A stretch of DNA of 64,000 nucleotides from Leptogorgia sarmentosa (lineage: Eukaryota), in NCBI GenBank assembly GCA_964658305.1, contig OZ210885.1, forward strand, positions 9,238,001-9,302,000, read 5' to 3'. The notes under the pieces are model-generated. The model saw only the letters and a list, made by a program, of their open reading frames with translations. It was not told the DNA's origin and did not search any database. The translations under genes were made by a program, and so were the position numbers. Positions 62,796 through 64,000 of this stretch are shown piece after piece; within the stretch, counting starts at the first letter, position 1, and each line of letters opens with the position of its first letter.

Positions 62796-62878
62796 AATGT
62801 TTTCATTTTGTTGCATTTCAATTGCAACTCGAGAAAAAATGTGGGTTCGTAAGACAGACATGATCTCGAAATTGTAAC

Positions 62879-62952
62879 TCCCATGTGGTCTAGTGGTTAG
62901 GATCTGGCGTTTTCACCGCCATGGCTCGGGTTCGATTCCCGCGGCGTGGGAA
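62879..62952 (+). tRNA. trnE: tRNA-Glu(TTC), with a 2-nt insertion near the T/acceptor junction
   Basis: TCCCATGTGGTCTAGTGGTTAGGAT, anticodon loop TTTTCAC, GGTTCGATTCC, 3' CGTGGGAA. Confidence 0.75.
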
Positions 62953-63427
62953 TTTTTTCTGACAATTTCTATTTGGAACAGTTTGTCTTCACATCCCCAA
63001 ACTCGCCCGAGACTGGGATTAGATTCCCGGCAAACGCAGAATATTTTCATTCTGACGAATTTAAATTTCAAATGCAATACGAGAAAAACGTAGATTTGTA
63101 ATTTCTAATAATTTTATCCAGGAAAGTAAAATTAATATTTTCTGATATCACCGTCATTTATGAAAACTATTTGATAGCCGCAAACTATTTGACTGTGGAC
63201 AGAGTTTTTGCATTGGTTTATAAATTTTTGATTTTTACTCTTTATAATTTTATTGGGAATATGAACTTTTAACAGAATATCCCTTTAGGAATTAATTTTA
63301 CAAGCTCCCCTTCGCATTAATTTCGCTCTTGGATCAATTTGTTTCAATTAACTCTGGATTAAAAAAGGAAGGCGGAAGAGAAAGGTAATAAAATTCGCAG
63401 CATTTTAAAATATTCAAATGTCAAAAT

Positions 63428-63499
63428 AGGTTCTGCCGAGACTTGAACTCAGATCGCTGGATTCAAAGTCCAAAGTGCTAACCATTACACCACAGAACC
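63428..63499 (-). tRNA. trnQ: tRNA-Gln(TTG)
   Basis: Minus strand GGTTCTGTGGTGTAATGGTTAGCAC-TTTGGA-CTTTGAA-TCCAG...GAGTTCAAGTCTC...CAGAACCT. Confidence 0.85.
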
Positions 63500-63627
63500 T
63501 TAACACAATCTTGACAAAGTTTCCCAATTCTTTAACGTTTCTTCCTTTGTTGTACACCAAAAGGAACACTCTTCAATGGCGGACGTGGATATTTACTGAA
63601 CACGAATCATGCATCCAACCTGTTAAA

Positions 63628-63709
63628 AGTAGCGTGGCCGAGTGGTCTAAGGCGCTGGTCTCAAGCACCAGTCATTTCGATGACGTGGGTTCCAATCCCA
63701 CCGCTGCCA
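63628..63709 (+). tRNA. trnL: tRNA-Leu(CAA), possibly degenerate
   Basis: Class II cloverleaf with long variable arm; anticodon arm CTGGT-CTCAAGC-ACCAG; first pair A-C and T loop TTCCAAT are non-canonical. Confidence 0.7.
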
Positions 63710-64000
63710 ATTTTTCGTTGTTCATGGCTGTATTCGTTTATTGAGCTAGTATAAGTTTTGCAAGCTGAAGCCTTTGAACCAAATATGGAAAAACTCGTAA
63801 TTATATCCATGATAGAACAAGAGTAAAATTAATTTAGTGATATTTTATGATATCATCCTCCTTTGCCCAATTGATTCCCACAAACTATTTCATGATGGAC
63901 AGACTTTTTGCATTGGTTTCCAAATTCTTGATTATTTTTCAATCGTTTCTAATTTCCTTGGTTAAAGAACTTCTATAACACAGCCCACAGGATCGCTTTT

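Overview
AT-rich animal genomic DNA with spliceosomal introns; the gene and repeat families suggest a cnidarian such as a coral or octocoral (inference). Most of the window is transposable elements. (1) A 5.4-kb DNA transposon (34234-39610, TATGG...CCATA ends, IS3EU-like) has 500-600 bp terminal inverted repeats (TIRs) containing 21-bp tandem arrays and the start codon plus first six codons of two convergent genes. One gene is a SAM-HTH-DDE integrase; the other is a five-exon SAM-ZnF-HECT ubiquitin ligase. (2) An inverted segmental duplication (about 4825-11453 vs 23302-34233) ends exactly at that transposon's left tip, and its right copy has gained a 4.35-kb tandem Helitron/Helentron-type insert and a 253-bp foldback MITE. 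(3) A seven-exon gene joins a DZIP3-type HEPN domain, a truncated NACHT-like NTPase, a DED and a Pirh2/RCHY1-type CHY-CTCHY-RING module, with one frameshift in the DED. (4) The 3' exons of an EGF-repeat receptor carry ITIM/ITSM-like tyrosine motifs. (5) An intact hAT transposon has a 7-bp TSD. (6) Also present: a LINE fragment, many MITEs, a mixed tRNA cluster, and several unrelated palindromes that share tandem G.A mismatches and GNA triloops. All alignments were done by eye and no database searches were run.
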